Below, piece after piece: positions 1 through 8,842 of a stretch of 64,000 bases of DNA (within the stretch, counting starts at the first letter, position 1; every line of letters starts with the position of its first letter). Location: the IMG/VR virus record IMGVR_UViG_3300030385_002649, positions 1 through 64,000 of that record; one strand, given 5' to 3'. The notes under the pieces are model-generated. The model searched no databases, was not told where the DNA came from, and worked only from the letters and a program-made list of their open reading frames with translations. A program made the position numbers and the translations under genes.

Positions 1-77
1 AGCTGACGAAACAGCAGAAGCTGACGAAACAGCAGAAGCTGACGAAACAGCAGAAGCTGACGAAACAGCAGAAGCTG
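1..77 (+). repeat. 18-bp tandem repeat (GAAGCTGACGAAACAGCA), about 4 copies, coding (EADETA)n
   Basis: Directly visible, no spacers; in frame with the open frame running from position 2 to the stop at 505. Confidence 0.95.
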
Positions 78-505
78 TTGTACCCACCGATCCTCTTGAG
101 CGCACCTGGGCCTGCCCGTACGATGGGACCACATTAAAGTTCAATCCTGCTGTACGATTCATCCAAGTCGTCGTTTCACGAAACGACCTCAAAATCGTCA
201 AAGAACGAGGGATGGTTGGGCGCAGATGGAACAATCTGCGGGATCGGGTTGATAGTTCGGTGGTTGCGATCATCAGAGGGATTAGGTTAAGCGGTTCAGA
301 CGAGGACTACAATCACGAACTTCCGAGCAATGTAGCTTATTCTTTGATCAGGCCAAGGCCCATGACCGAGGATGGCAACACGGCCTTTGATTTCAGAGTC
401 CAACGGCTTGAATTCGGCAAAAGCGAAATGCCTACCTCTTTCGCTATGGATGCGGCTAAGGCAATGGCTCATATTCATGATCGAATTAGGGAGGAATGCA
501 GGTGA
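2..505 (+). CDS. Hypothetical protein, 5'-truncated, with acidic ADETAE repeats
   Basis: Frame from position 2 is open and joins the listed ORF 212..505. Confidence 0.8.
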   Translation, partial: ADETAEADETAEADETAEADETAEAVVPTDPLERTWACPYDGTTLKFNPAVRFIQVVVSRNDLKIVKERGMVGRRWNNLRDRVDSSVVAIIRGIRLSGSDEDYNHELPSNVAYSLIRPRPMTEDGNTAFDFRVQRLEFGKSEMPTSFAMDAAKAMAHIHDRIREECR

Positions 506-828
506 TCGAGCCTAAGGAAGGAAACTGCTATAGGGTTAAGATTGCGTACAATCTAAAGGAAGGCAGCACAAACTGTCCTCCCCTTCACAACTATGAAGGC
601 CCTGCTTATTGTCAGAATGTAGCCGTTGGAGGGTTCATCTGTTTGCTGTTCCTCATCATGCATGAGGCCAGCCAAGTGGTTCGCGCGCATATCCTCACTC
701 AAGAAGGCAGCGTCATTATCGAAGACCTCGGCCCTGGCGTTCCATTTCTATTAAACACTCAACAAGGAGTTGATGCGGAAGCCTTCGGCGGTTATCAGCA
801 TCAACCAGCCTACACAGGCAAGGAATAA
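496..828 (+). CDS. Hypothetical protein
   Basis: GTG start after GGAGG, overlapping the upstream stop. Confidence 0.7.
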   Translation: MQVIEPKEGNCYRVKIAYNLKEGSTNCPPLHNYEGPAYCQNVAVGGFICLLFLIMHEASQVVRAHILTQEGSVIIEDLGPGVPFLLNTQQGVDAEAFGGYQHQPAYTGKE

Positions 829-829
829 C

Positions 830-1162
830 ATGAAGAAATCAGTCAAGCTTGAGGACATGATCGGCAAGGACCTGAAAATCCTAGTCCAAGCCAGGACCTG
901 GAACATGAAGGAGAAGAAAAACGACTTCTCGAGAAAGATCTTTGTCGGAACGCTCACAACAATTCGTCAAAGTTCGCTCGTCATCGAACCCTGGTTCGAA
1001 GTCTTGGAAGTGAAGGATGGCCGTATCGTCTCTCATAAGGACACCGACTCGAAGTGTGGTAAGTACATCATGCACAGTGGGACGACTAAGGAGATGCTCC
1101 AAGTCGATGAGCTCGACTACTCCGGAGGCCCTTGGGTCGACGGCAAGCCCAAGCGATCATAA
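830..1162 (+). CDS. Hypothetical protein
   Basis: ATG at 830, just after the upstream stop, AAGGA RBS. Confidence 0.7.
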   Translation: MKKSVKLEDMIGKDLKILVQARTWNMKEKKNDFSRKIFVGTLTTIRQSSLVIEPWFEVLEVKDGRIVSHKDTDSKCGKYIMHSGTTKEMLQVDELDYSGGPWVDGKPKRS

Positions 1163-1200
1163 GGTTAGAAGCCGGGGTGGGAAACTACCCCGGCTTACCT
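1162..1200 (+). terminator. GC-rich hairpin with GAAA loop (possible terminator or processing site)
   Basis: AAGCCGGGGTGG-GAAA-CTACCCCGGCTT directly after the stop; no clear U-tract. Confidence 0.45.
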
Positions 1201-1204
1201 TATC

Positions 1205-1447
1205 ATGAGATACTTACCATGGAGCATCTGCGAAAACGACCCATCGTTGGTCATAGACGCAGGAGGTTGTGTCGCTATCGACCTCTCAGTCTGGGGCGCG
1301 CTTGGAAAAGGGCACGACGCTAAAGAAGTGGTTGCGTTCATCGTAGAACGAGCCAATCGAGAACATGTCACAGACGAAGAACAACGTCTAAAGGACGAGT
1401 TTCAAAAGGAGGAGGTTGATGAAGATCTTCCAACAGAGATTTTGTGA
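1205..1447 (+). CDS. Hypothetical protein
   Basis: ORF track, operon-like packing. Confidence 0.6.
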   Translation: MRYLPWSICENDPSLVIDAGGCVAIDLSVWGALGKGHDAKEVVAFIVERANREHVTDEEQRLKDEFQKEEVDEDLPTEIL

Positions 1448-1715
1448 GTTGAAAGCGCTAGACGCGCCAGACTGGGTGAAAAGAGGAGCTTACCTTAATC
1501 TTCTCCATCACCTTCCAATTGGCGAAGACTGGCTAGAGTGCAAAGACCGTTTTGGGCTTTGGATTCTGCTTGAAACCGTTGGAGTCTCCTTGAGCGAGGA
1601 AGAAGTTGAAATCTTCGTCCGAGAACTGAGTGTCGGCGTCGAACACATCGACCAAATCCTGAGGACAAGAGGCCACGCTAAACTGTGGCAAGAAACGGAC
1701 AAGTCATGGGAGTAG
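1419..1715 (+). CDS. Hypothetical protein
   Basis: ATG after GGAGG, overlapping the upstream gene. Confidence 0.65.
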   Translation: MKIFQQRFCELKALDAPDWVKRGAYLNLLHHLPIGEDWLECKDRFGLWILLETVGVSLSEEEVEIFVRELSVGVEHIDQILRTRGHAKLWQETDKSWE

Positions 1716-1842
1716 AGACTAGACCCAAGATGATCATTCTTGGTGACTTCCGATATGTGTGATGCTGCGATCCTAGTGGTGTCTCATTATTTTGCAAGTG
1801 GGACTCACGGAAGCTACGGCGCTACAACTTACTGGAGATAAG

Positions 1843-2757
1843 ATGAGAAACTTCGTCAGAAAAAACACAATCTTCCTAACCCTAGCAGGCTCAAGGATGT
1901 ACGGCACCAGCACGCCAGAATCGGACACTGACATCCGAGGTGTCTGCGTTCCACCAAAAAACGTCGTGCTAGGCTTCGCCAACAAGTTCGAACAACAAAT
2001 GATTCCTGACGAGGAAGACTCAATCATCTACGGGCTAAAGAAGTTCATGGCCTTGGCCGCTGAGTGTAACCCTAACATATTGGAATTGTTGTTCGCACCT
2101 GAGTCAGCGATCATAACTTCAACACCAACATGGGAAGCTCTGATCGAACACCGTGAAATGTTTATCACCGCTGCGGCTTACCCCAAGTTCAGCGGTTACG
2201 CGCTTAGTCAGCTAAAGAGAATTAGGTCTCATAGGGCCTGGTTGCTTAGTCCTCCCGCCAAGAAACCAACTCGTGAAGAGTACGGGCTGACAGACCAGCC
2301 AAGTAGCGGGCTGACCTTGGGGACGGACATGCTGGAACCAGAGACTCTCAAGAGGATCAAATCTGAGCGTCAGTTCAAAACCGCTTTGCGAGCTTGGAAT
2401 CAGTATCAAGGTTGGAAAAAGGACCGCAACCCTAAACGGGCCGTCCTTGAGGCTAGCTTCGGCTATGACACCAAGCATGCCATGCACCTTGTCCGTCTCC
2501 TAAGAATGGGCGAGGAGATTCTCACTCAGGGCAAGGTGATCGTCGAGCGACCCGATGCTGAAGAACTGCTCGACATCCGTCGTGGGAAATGGACCTATGA
2601 CCAACTAATGGAAAACGTTGAGCCGATGAAGAATCGGTTGGATAAAATTTTCGAAACCAAGTCTTACTCAATTCCTGATAGGGCTGACATCAACGCACTC
2701 TCTGACCTGTGTGCGGAACTTCACGAGAGGTTCTGGCACGAAAAGGAAACAAAATGA
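1843..2757 (+). CDS. Predicted nucleotidyltransferase (PF10127/RlaP-like, Pol-beta superfamily)
   Basis: LAGSRMYGTSTPESDTDIRGV (GS...DxD) motif, CNPNILELLF, KHAMHLVRLL; GGAG RBS before ATG 1843. Confidence 0.85.
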   Translation: MRNFVRKNTIFLTLAGSRMYGTSTPESDTDIRGVCVPPKNVVLGFANKFEQQMIPDEEDSIIYGLKKFMALAAECNPNILELLFAPESAIITSTPTWEALIEHREMFITAAAYPKFSGYALSQLKRIRSHRAWLLSPPAKKPTREEYGLTDQPSSGLTLGTDMLEPETLKRIKSERQFKTALRAWNQYQGWKKDRNPKRAVLEASFGYDTKHAMHLVRLLRMGEEILTQGKVIVERPDAEELLDIRRGKWTYDQLMENVEPMKNRLDKIFETKSYSIPDRADINALSDLCAELHERFWHEKETK

Positions 2758-3071
2758 AGTTCCAACTCCTCATCCTAGCTCTGTTGTTCTCAATAGGCTG
2801 CAGTTCTCCCACTAAGGCGTACGAGATCGTTCTAGATAGCGAACAGCTGAAAGAACTTCAAGATTGGAATTATCTCACGGTGGTGCCGACGGATGTCACA
2901 GTTCCTTGGTTCAAGATTGTCTCAGAAGACGGACCTAAGGTGACTGTCAAATTGGCTCGGCCTTTTCAACTCTTCTATCACCCCATTCTGCGGCGAACGG
3001 GATCGGCCCCAGTGTCTTCGAAGGATCAAGGCGAGAAACCCCGCACTTGGCAATCGCTTCAAGGAAAGTAA
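2754..3071 (+). CDS. Putative lipoprotein
   Basis: MKFQLLILALLFSIGC: signal peptide with lipobox-like Cys. Confidence 0.6.
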   Translation: MKFQLLILALLFSIGCSSPTKAYEIVLDSEQLKELQDWNYLTVVPTDVTVPWFKIVSEDGPKVTVKLARPFQLFYHPILRRTGSAPVSSKDQGEKPRTWQSLQGK

Positions 3072-3081
3072 GACTAAAGCA

Positions 3082-3333
3082 GTGAATAGCAAAATCGTCA
3101 TCGATCGACGGGCCAACATTAATGGCCAACCAGTCGTTATGGTCTACGGAATCGTCGTCGGCCAAGATTATGGCCTTCCTAATGATGGCAAGCGACGCAT
3201 AGTTGCTGCTGACACGTTGATCACGCCAGAAAGGGTTTACGTTGAAGACACTAACGATCATCTTGGTAGTCCTGAGGACATCCTGGCGCGTCACCTAAAC
3301 TTCGACCACTGGATCAAAGAAAATGGACATTGA
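3082..3333 (+). CDS. Hypothetical protein
   Basis: ORF track, packing. Confidence 0.55.
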   Translation: MNSKIVIDRRANINGQPVVMVYGIVVGQDYGLPNDGKRRIVAADTLITPERVYVEDTNDHLGSPEDILARHLNFDHWIKENGH

Positions 3334-3727
3334 GGAACTAGCAGACGCTCGTCGCAAGAGAAATGACGAGCTAGCACTTTCACCAGGACGAGCACTCTTC
3401 GGAGATGGGCTCAATCCTGCTAGAGAGTTGATAGTGAAATCGCTCTTGCTAGCAACGAATCGCCACCCTTGGAAGATGCAGGCTGAAATTGTGATGGGGT
3501 ACTGCGCTCCATACGCCCGCAGAGACGAACAAAAAATTGTCATTCGTTTCAGACACAATAAGGAGCGCACTTCGTATTTGAGGTATTCATGCGGACCAGG
3601 CGCGGGATTCTTTTGGGACATGTCTGGTGATGATTTCTTGGATGTTGGCCTAGCGTTTAGGGCTCTACAAGAGGCTCATCGCCCACCTGGTCTTGCTTGG
3701 AAACGAGCAGAAGACGATGAACAATGA
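3323..3727 (+). CDS. Hypothetical protein
   Basis: ORF track, packing. Confidence 0.65.
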   Translation: MDIEELADARRKRNDELALSPGRALFGDGLNPARELIVKSLLLATNRHPWKMQAEIVMGYCAPYARRDEQKIVIRFRHNKERTSYLRYSCGPGAGFFWDMSGDDFLDVGLAFRALQEAHRPPGLAWKRAEDDEQ

Positions 3728-3925
3728 TTCAATGTTTAACATGGATGAGCCGAGGAACTTCTCGTTATTAACGAGTGAGGGAATCGAGCCTTTCACAGCC
3801 TTCAGGCTTCCTGGGGGCAAGATCGCCTTCCCTAAGAAGGCGATGATCAAAATCAACGCAGGGGGCGCAACCGTTATCTGGGATGACGACGGCACGACCT
3901 GGTATGAGAAGGGAATAAAGCGATA

Positions 3926-4144
3926 ATGTTGAAAATAGAAATTACTGTCGATTCTTCGCCCCAATGGGGCGAAGGATCCAGCGTAACAATCCGAAACTTG
4001 AATAAAGCTCCGGACTGTGATGACGCGGAATACACCGCATGGAACAAAAGATGGACGTCGGTTTGCCAAGGAATCCATCTCCTACTAAGTGAACTAGGCC
4101 CCATCCCTGATGGTGGTTGGAAAGTAGAGTATAGTGAGTGTTAG
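3926..4144 (+). CDS. Hypothetical protein
   Basis: TAATG overlap with the upstream ORF. Confidence 0.55.
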   Translation: MLKIEITVDSSPQWGEGSSVTIRNLNKAPDCDDAEYTAWNKRWTSVCQGIHLLLSELGPIPDGGWKVEYSEC

Positions 4145-4328
4145 AACCGAAGCGGATGACAATTTAGCTTCTGCTGAGACCAGCGTAAGACACGCAATTA
4201 GCAATCTGAGAGGCATCGTAATCGAACAATGCTGGGGCTATGATCAGTACGGCGAAGAATTTACGGCTGACATCCAAAAGAAGATAATGAATGAACTGAT
4301 ATCGATCAGGGATAGGCTAGCACAATGA
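4134..4328 (+). CDS. Hypothetical protein
   Basis: ORF track, packing. Confidence 0.55.
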   Translation: MSVRTEADDNLASAETSVRHAISNLRGIVIEQCWGYDQYGEEFTADIQKKIMNELISIRDRLAQ

Positions 4329-4936
4329 AAATGATAAAACTCGGAACTTTTCAATACCGAGAGCAGGCTTGGCAAAATGGCAACTTTACCATCTGTCACC
4401 GAGGTTTGAAAAGTCTCAAATTCGACCTTGACAAGAATTTCGCTTACGACGTGAGAATCTATAACACGAAGCCTAGAGGTGAAAGCCAAGTGGTGCTGAT
4501 GGTTCTCCGTTCAGACCCGTATTGGGACTCAGGTCAGGGTTCCAATGGGTCCTTCTGGAAACGGCCTGATTCTAAAATCAACAGATGGTATCGATTCGAC
4601 GCTCATTATATCCGTGATATGTTGAAGAAGATGTTCGGGTTGGATGCTTGGGATCCGTGTGAACTTTACGTGAAAGTGAAGAAGCTTGAAGAACCAGACC
4701 CTAAGTTCACTAAAGAGGAACTAAGTGCTGCGATGTTTGTGATCTCTGTGAGACTTAAGAACATCCACCCAACCTTCGCCCATGTCACTCATAGTGATGA
4801 GGAGATCAAAATCCACTTCACGGACGGTACGCCGATGGAATCTGGTGAATTCGCTCATAACAGCAAAACGCGAAACTTGTTGGAAAAGCTTGCTGGTCAT
4901 CTTAAGCTTGCAAGACGCAAAACTTTCAGAATATGA
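4325..4936 (+). CDS. Hypothetical protein
   Basis: 203-aa ORF, translationally coupled. Confidence 0.7.
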   Translation: MKMIKLGTFQYREQAWQNGNFTICHRGLKSLKFDLDKNFAYDVRIYNTKPRGESQVVLMVLRSDPYWDSGQGSNGSFWKRPDSKINRWYRFDAHYIRDMLKKMFGLDAWDPCELYVKVKKLEEPDPKFTKEELSAAMFVISVRLKNIHPTFAHVTHSDEEIKIHFTDGTPMESGEFAHNSKTRNLLEKLAGHLKLARRKTFRI

Positions 4937-5166
4937 AGCTCTCATGGGGCGTGAACAAGTGGGAATGGCTAGGATGGCAACCCCGCAGACTCGCTCCTGT
5001 GATCCGCATTGGCGGTAATTCTTCACGACCACCTAAACCCAAATGGTTTCGAGCCGGTCGAGTGCCTGGACCAATTTGGGCCTGGCGAATTCAAGTCTCG
5101 TTCGGTTATGGCACCTTTTGGGCCTGGATTGAGCGTCCAAACCACTATAGATTGGGTAAATCATGA
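4933..5166 (+). CDS. Hypothetical Trp-rich protein
   Basis: ATGA overlap coupling. Confidence 0.55.
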   Translation: MKLSWGVNKWEWLGWQPRRLAPVIRIGGNSSRPPKPKWFRAGRVPGPIWAWRIQVSFGYGTFWAWIERPNHYRLGKS

Positions 5167-5474
5167 AAACCGTAAGAATTCCGTTCATGGTCAGTGTTGG
5201 CCAGAATCTTTACATTCACTTCACCAAGCTTACAAAAGAGCAAGGACTTAAAGCTTATAAAGGAGATCTAAAATTTGTCACCGGACAGATTTTGAAGGAA
5301 ATGCTCGGACAACAACACGAGGTCGTGAAGGACAAGATTATCATTCACGGGATGTGCGCTTGGGCTCTCACGAAAGACACTATCAGCTTATCCGAGCACG
5401 GCCCCAGGTTGGGTCATCTCAACCCTTTGTGCCGGAATTACGGCGAGACAGGAGTGAAGGAATTGGCTGGGTAA
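5163..5474 (+). CDS. Hypothetical protein
   Basis: ATGA overlap coupling. Confidence 0.6.
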   Translation: MKTVRIPFMVSVGQNLYIHFTKLTKEQGLKAYKGDLKFVTGQILKEMLGQQHEVVKDKIIIHGMCAWALTKDTISLSEHGPRLGHLNPLCRNYGETGVKELAG

Positions 5475-5578
5475 ATTGTGGCGTATCTGATGACAGTCGC
5501 GCCTTTTGGGGCGGTCGTTATGTGGGACATCATTGGTTGGGATCACTTCCCATCGTACTCTAATCAACCTGGATGAAT

Positions 5579-5651
5579 GGGCTTGTAGCTCAGGGGTTAG
5601 AGCGCGACTCTTATAAGGTTGATGTCGATGGTTCGATTCCATCCTGGCCCA
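5579..5651 (+). tRNA. tRNA-Ile (anticodon TAT); CCA not encoded
   Basis: Cloverleaf: acceptor GGGCTTG/CTGGCCC, D-arm GCTC/GAGC, anticodon loop CT-TAT-AA, T-arm GATGG-TTCGATT-CCATC. Confidence 0.85.
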
Positions 5652-5654
5652 CTT

Positions 5655-5737
5655 GATCGAATGGCGGAATTTGGCAGACGCGCATGTTTCAAACACATGT
5701 TCCATTAGGAGTGAGGGTTCGAGTCCCTCTTCGATCA
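5655..5737 (+). tRNA. tRNA-Leu (anticodon CAA); CCA not encoded
   Basis: Acceptor GATCGAA/TTCGATC, anticodon arm CATGT-TTCAAAC-ACATG, long variable arm, GAGGG-TTCGAGT-CCCTC. Confidence 0.92.
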
Positions 5738-5752
5738 TGAAAATAATTTTCG

Positions 5753-5834
5753 GGACCTGTGGTGGAATTGGCATACACACAACACTTAAAATGTTGCGCC
5801 GCAAGGCTTGCGGGTTCGAGTCCCGCCAGGTTCA
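5753..5834 (+). tRNA. tRNA-Leu (anticodon TAA); CCA not encoded
   Basis: Acceptor GGACCTG/CAGGTTC, anticodon arm CAACA-CTTAAAA-TGTTG, long variable arm, GCGGG-TTCGAGT-CCCGC. Confidence 0.92.
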
Positions 5835-5883
5835 TGTAGAGGCAAAGCTCTCCTCTGCGCGTAGATACTCAAAAGGGTGTTAA

Positions 5884-6357
5884 ATGCCAGCGTGCAGAGG
5901 ATGTCAAGAAAATTTTCCTAATCGGGCAACGATAGGTGGAAAAACTTTTAGCTTAAGAAGTAGAAAATTCTGTTTGTCTTGTTCACCTTTTAAGAAAATT
6001 AGAACAAGGAAAGAACGAAAACTAACACCCAAAACTTGGATTTGTTTTAATTGTAAAAAAGAACGAACTGAAAAAACAAGAAATATAGTCTGTGGAACAT
6101 GTAGATCACAGATTAGAAGAGCAAAATCTAGAAGCCAAGCAATTGACATAATGGGTGGAAATTGCGCCCGATGTGGGTACGATAAATGCTATGATGCTTT
6201 AGATTTTCATCATATAGGAGAGAAGCTCTTCGCATTGGCAGCGAACTGGCATCGTTCATGGAAGTCTATAGAAGAAGAAATTAAAAAATGTGAATTGCTA
6301 TGCGCGAATTGTCATCGTGAAGAGCACGCCCAAACAATTTTTAACAACAACCGATAG
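5884..6357 (+). CDS. HNH endonuclease with N-terminal Zn-ribbons (free-standing homing endonuclease-like)
   Basis: CARCGY...ALDFHH...CELLCANCHREEH; visibly AT-rich relative to flanks; adjacent to the tRNA cluster. Confidence 0.85.
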   Translation: MPACRGCQENFPNRATIGGKTFSLRSRKFCLSCSPFKKIRTRKERKLTPKTWICFNCKKERTEKTRNIVCGTCRSQIRRAKSRSQAIDIMGGNCARCGYDKCYDALDFHHIGEKLFALAANWHRSWKSIEEEIKKCELLCANCHREEHAQTIFNNNR

Positions 6358-6449
6358 GATTGAATCATGACAGATAAAGAGTATCCCATGAGGCATAGCC
6401 GACGTAAGTGTCCTGGATGTGGACGGCAGAACCGGGATTGTGATTGTCG

Positions 6450-6932
6450 ATGAAAGTTCTCTTCCTCGACTTTGATGGGCCGATCATTCCTGGTAGGGCC
6501 TGGCTCTTAAACAATCATCCAGGCGGCCTTTGGGAGGAGCCCTGCAAAACCTCTGGTGTTCTTGTTAATGAGGTTTTGCACCGTGCTGACGCTAAGTTGG
6601 TCATTTCTTCTACTTGGAGGAAGACTGGTGGGCTGGATGGCTGTAAGGACCTCTTGTACAAGGCTGGCATTGATTTGACCAGGCTGCACGATGATTGGGC
6701 CACTATTGCTTTAAATTCCTCCGAGGGCCATGTTCGGTCAATGGAGATCCTAGAATGGGTTTCTCGTCATGATGTTGAAAGCTTTATTGCGATTGATGAC
6801 ATGGAATTGAGGGGCCTTCCCGATGAGAATCGGGTTAAGTGCACGACAGCTGATGGGGTCCTTATGGACCATTTTGTTGAAGCGTGCAATAAGCTGGGCG
6901 TGGCTCCTTTCGATGGGGTCATGCTCTTTTAA
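6450..6932 (+). CDS. HAD-family phosphatase (HAD_SAK_2, RNA-repair type)
   Basis: VLFLDFDG, LVISSTWR, EILEW, FIAIDD motifs. Confidence 0.8.
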   Translation: MKVLFLDFDGPIIPGRAWLLNNHPGGLWEEPCKTSGVLVNEVLHRADAKLVISSTWRKTGGLDGCKDLLYKAGIDLTRLHDDWATIALNSSEGHVRSMEILEWVSRHDVESFIAIDDMELRGLPDENRVKCTTADGVLMDHFVEACNKLGVAPFDGVMLF

Positions 6933-7020
6933 TTTAACAATTTTGCCAGTTAGGCAATTAATTTTACAGCCCGTTTGGGCACAACCAGCCTACAATAATG
7001 TGGGCACACTGGAGTCTATT

Positions 7021-7305
7021 ATGTCGATCCTCAACTCGTTCAACAGCAACAACAACAGCAACGTCGGCAGCCTCTCCTTCACCATTCAGTATGGTACGGA
7101 GAAGGTTCACGTCGACGTCCGTCCCGAAGATCCCACCAGTCCTCAGAGCCTCGACGCGGCTTTGAAGGTCTACGCTGGGGCGCTGGGTTACGACTTCTCG
7201 CGGCCCGTGACTTGGCGTCGCGGTAGTGAGAACGTCGAGGCTACGACTCGCCCGCAGGCGGGTGAGACGTACCAAGCTGCGATGTCGCACGAGCAGAAGG
7301 GCTAA
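7021..7305 (+). CDS. Ubiquitin-like (beta-grasp) protein, copy 1
   Basis: 94 aa; strand-strand-helix-strand pattern typical of the beta-grasp fold; C-terminal ...HEQKG; upstream of E2/JAB/E1 genes; GGAG RBS. Confidence 0.75.
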   Translation: MSILNSFNSNNNSNVGSLSFTIQYGTEKVHVDVRPEDPTSPQSLDAALKVYAGALGYDFSRPVTWRRGSENVEATTRPQAGETYQAAMSHEQKG

Positions 7306-7315
7306 GTTTGCCCAA

Positions 7316-7345
7316 GGCGGAGGCACCCTTCGGGGTGCCTCCGCC
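7316..7345 (+). terminator. 13-bp stem hairpin with TTCG loop after Ubl copy 1
   Basis: GGCGGAGGCACCC-TTCG-GGGTGCCTCCGCC. Confidence 0.6.
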
Positions 7346-7422
7346 ACCTCTCTAGCATCGAGTACAAGATGAACACGACGTTTTATGGAAACAATTTTGA
7401 GTACCCCCACAGAGGAAGAACG

Positions 7423-8364
7423 ATGAAATCTGAAGTGAAGACGATGACGAAGACGGTGGCGGGTGAGAGTGATCCGCGCAAGAAACTGCTCGAACGCGCT
7501 ATTAGCCAAGTGGCGGATCAGAAGGCTTTGTTGGAAGCGGATCCTGTTGCGGTTCGTCAAATTCAGGCTGCACAATTGGCGCAGCAAGCTGCCAAGAGTC
7601 GCTTTGATGCTGACGCTCTTTTGGTTAGGGCTGAGAAGGCAGCGGAGGAAGCTGAGCGTTTTCGCCTTGAGCAGATCGAAACCAAGATCGCAGCCGAAAT
7701 TGAGCATCGAGAGAAGCTCATAGAAACCGAGCAACGGTTGGCCGATGAAATGCGCCAAGAGAAGCTCAATGAGGAGAGGCGCACCCTTGAGAATAAGTAC
7801 AAGGAGGGCGAGTTTAGGGAGGCTGCTCTAACCTCTGAACGCCGCGCCGATGAGTTTGCTGAGTGCAAGGCGCGCGAGTTGGGGCTGGACGGGAAAGACG
7901 GAGACGCCGAAAATACCGAAAATACCGAAAGCGGTCCGCTCAGCAGTGAGGAGATTGGCGCTCTCCAATTGATCGCGTTAAGCCCTGAAGGCGCTTGCGA
8001 GCAGTACGCCAGGGTCAAGCTGAACACTATGATCAGCGTTATGGCTAAGATCAACCGTCAATTGGCACGTGCTGTCGCTGATAAGACGAAGATCGCCATC
8101 GATAAGACGCTGGTCGAGCCGGACGAGGAGGCTGATACTCTTTGTCTGATGAACGACACGGTCCGAGACGAGATCTTGGATAGTTATCGTTCGAAGGGTT
8201 GGAATGTAGAAATTATGACTGGTCACCTGGATCATACAATCTACGTATTTGAGCCTTCGGAAATGGGGAAGGCTGATAAGGACGTCGTGAAGGCAGCAGC
8301 TTTGCCACTTGGCGACGTTTTTGATCAGCCAGAGGACGATGAAGTCCTCGAATTCGGAATCTAA
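7423..8364 (+). CDS. Coiled-coil protein between the two Ubl genes
   Basis: Long E/K/R/A-rich helical region; AGAGGA RBS before ATG 7423. Confidence 0.75.
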   Translation: MKSEVKTMTKTVAGESDPRKKLLERAISQVADQKALLEADPVAVRQIQAAQLAQQAAKSRFDADALLVRAEKAAEEAERFRLEQIETKIAAEIEHREKLIETEQRLADEMRQEKLNEERRTLENKYKEGEFREAALTSERRADEFAECKARELGLDGKDGDAENTENTESGPLSSEEIGALQLIALSPEGACEQYARVKLNTMISVMAKINRQLARAVADKTKIAIDKTLVEPDEEADTLCLMNDTVRDEILDSYRSKGWNVEIMTGHLDHTIYVFEPSEMGKADKDVVKAAALPLGDVFDQPEDDEVLEFGI

Positions 8365-8365
8365 A

Positions 8366-8393
8366 ACACAACACACAACACACAACACACAAC
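8366..8393 (+). repeat. 7-bp tandem repeat (ACACAAC)x4
   Basis: Directly visible, intergenic, followed by hairpin 8401-8431. Confidence 0.95.
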
Positions 8394-8479
8394 AACTCAT
8401 TGTCCTCCCCCGCATGGTGTGAGGGAGGACATGGTTCGAACCGCACTTTTAAGTGCACATTTTTTGGAGAAAATTTCTT

Positions 8480-8779
8480 ATGTCGATTCTTAACAGCTTC
8501 TCAAGCAACAACGCCAACAACGCCAACAACGCCAGCATTGGCTCTTTCACCTTCACCATTCAGTATGGTACGGAGAAGGTTCACGTCGACGTCCGTCCGG
8601 ACGATCCCACCAGCCCCGAGTCGCTCGATGCAGCGCTGAAGGTCTACGCTGGTGCCCTCGGTTACGACTTCTCGCGGCCTGTGACCTGGCGTCGCGGTAG
8701 TGAGAACGTCGAGGCTACGACTCGCCCGCAGGCGGGTGAGACGTACCAAGCTGCGATGTCGCACGAGCAGAAGGGCTAA
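8480..8779 (+). CDS. Ubiquitin-like (beta-grasp) protein, copy 2
   Basis: 99 aa, near-identical to 7021..7305, same C-terminal ...HEQKG. Confidence 0.75.
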   Translation: MSILNSFSSNNANNANNASIGSFTFTIQYGTEKVHVDVRPDDPTSPESLDAALKVYAGALGYDFSRPVTWRRGSENVEATTRPQAGETYQAAMSHEQKG

Positions 8780-8801
8780 ACAACCCTTCTAGTTCAAGAG
8801 C

Positions 8802-8842
8802 GGGGGACGACGGGGTTAATTCCTCGTCGTCCCCCTTCTTTT
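8802..8842 (+). terminator. Rho-independent terminator after Ubl copy 2
   Basis: GGGGGACGACG...CGTCGTCCCCC followed by TTCTTTT. Confidence 0.7.

Noticed and set aside
1-77. Possible CRISPR array
   Set aside because: Head-to-tail 18-bp units with no spacers, in frame within a CDS; no cas genes in the window.
5354-5883. ORFs 5354..5563, 5388..5804 and 5653..5883
   Set aside because: The latter two overlap the tRNA genes; none has a recognisable motif.
8305-8314. Reverse-strand copy of the decamer
   Set aside because: CCACTTGGCG is a 9/10 match only, so it was not counted.
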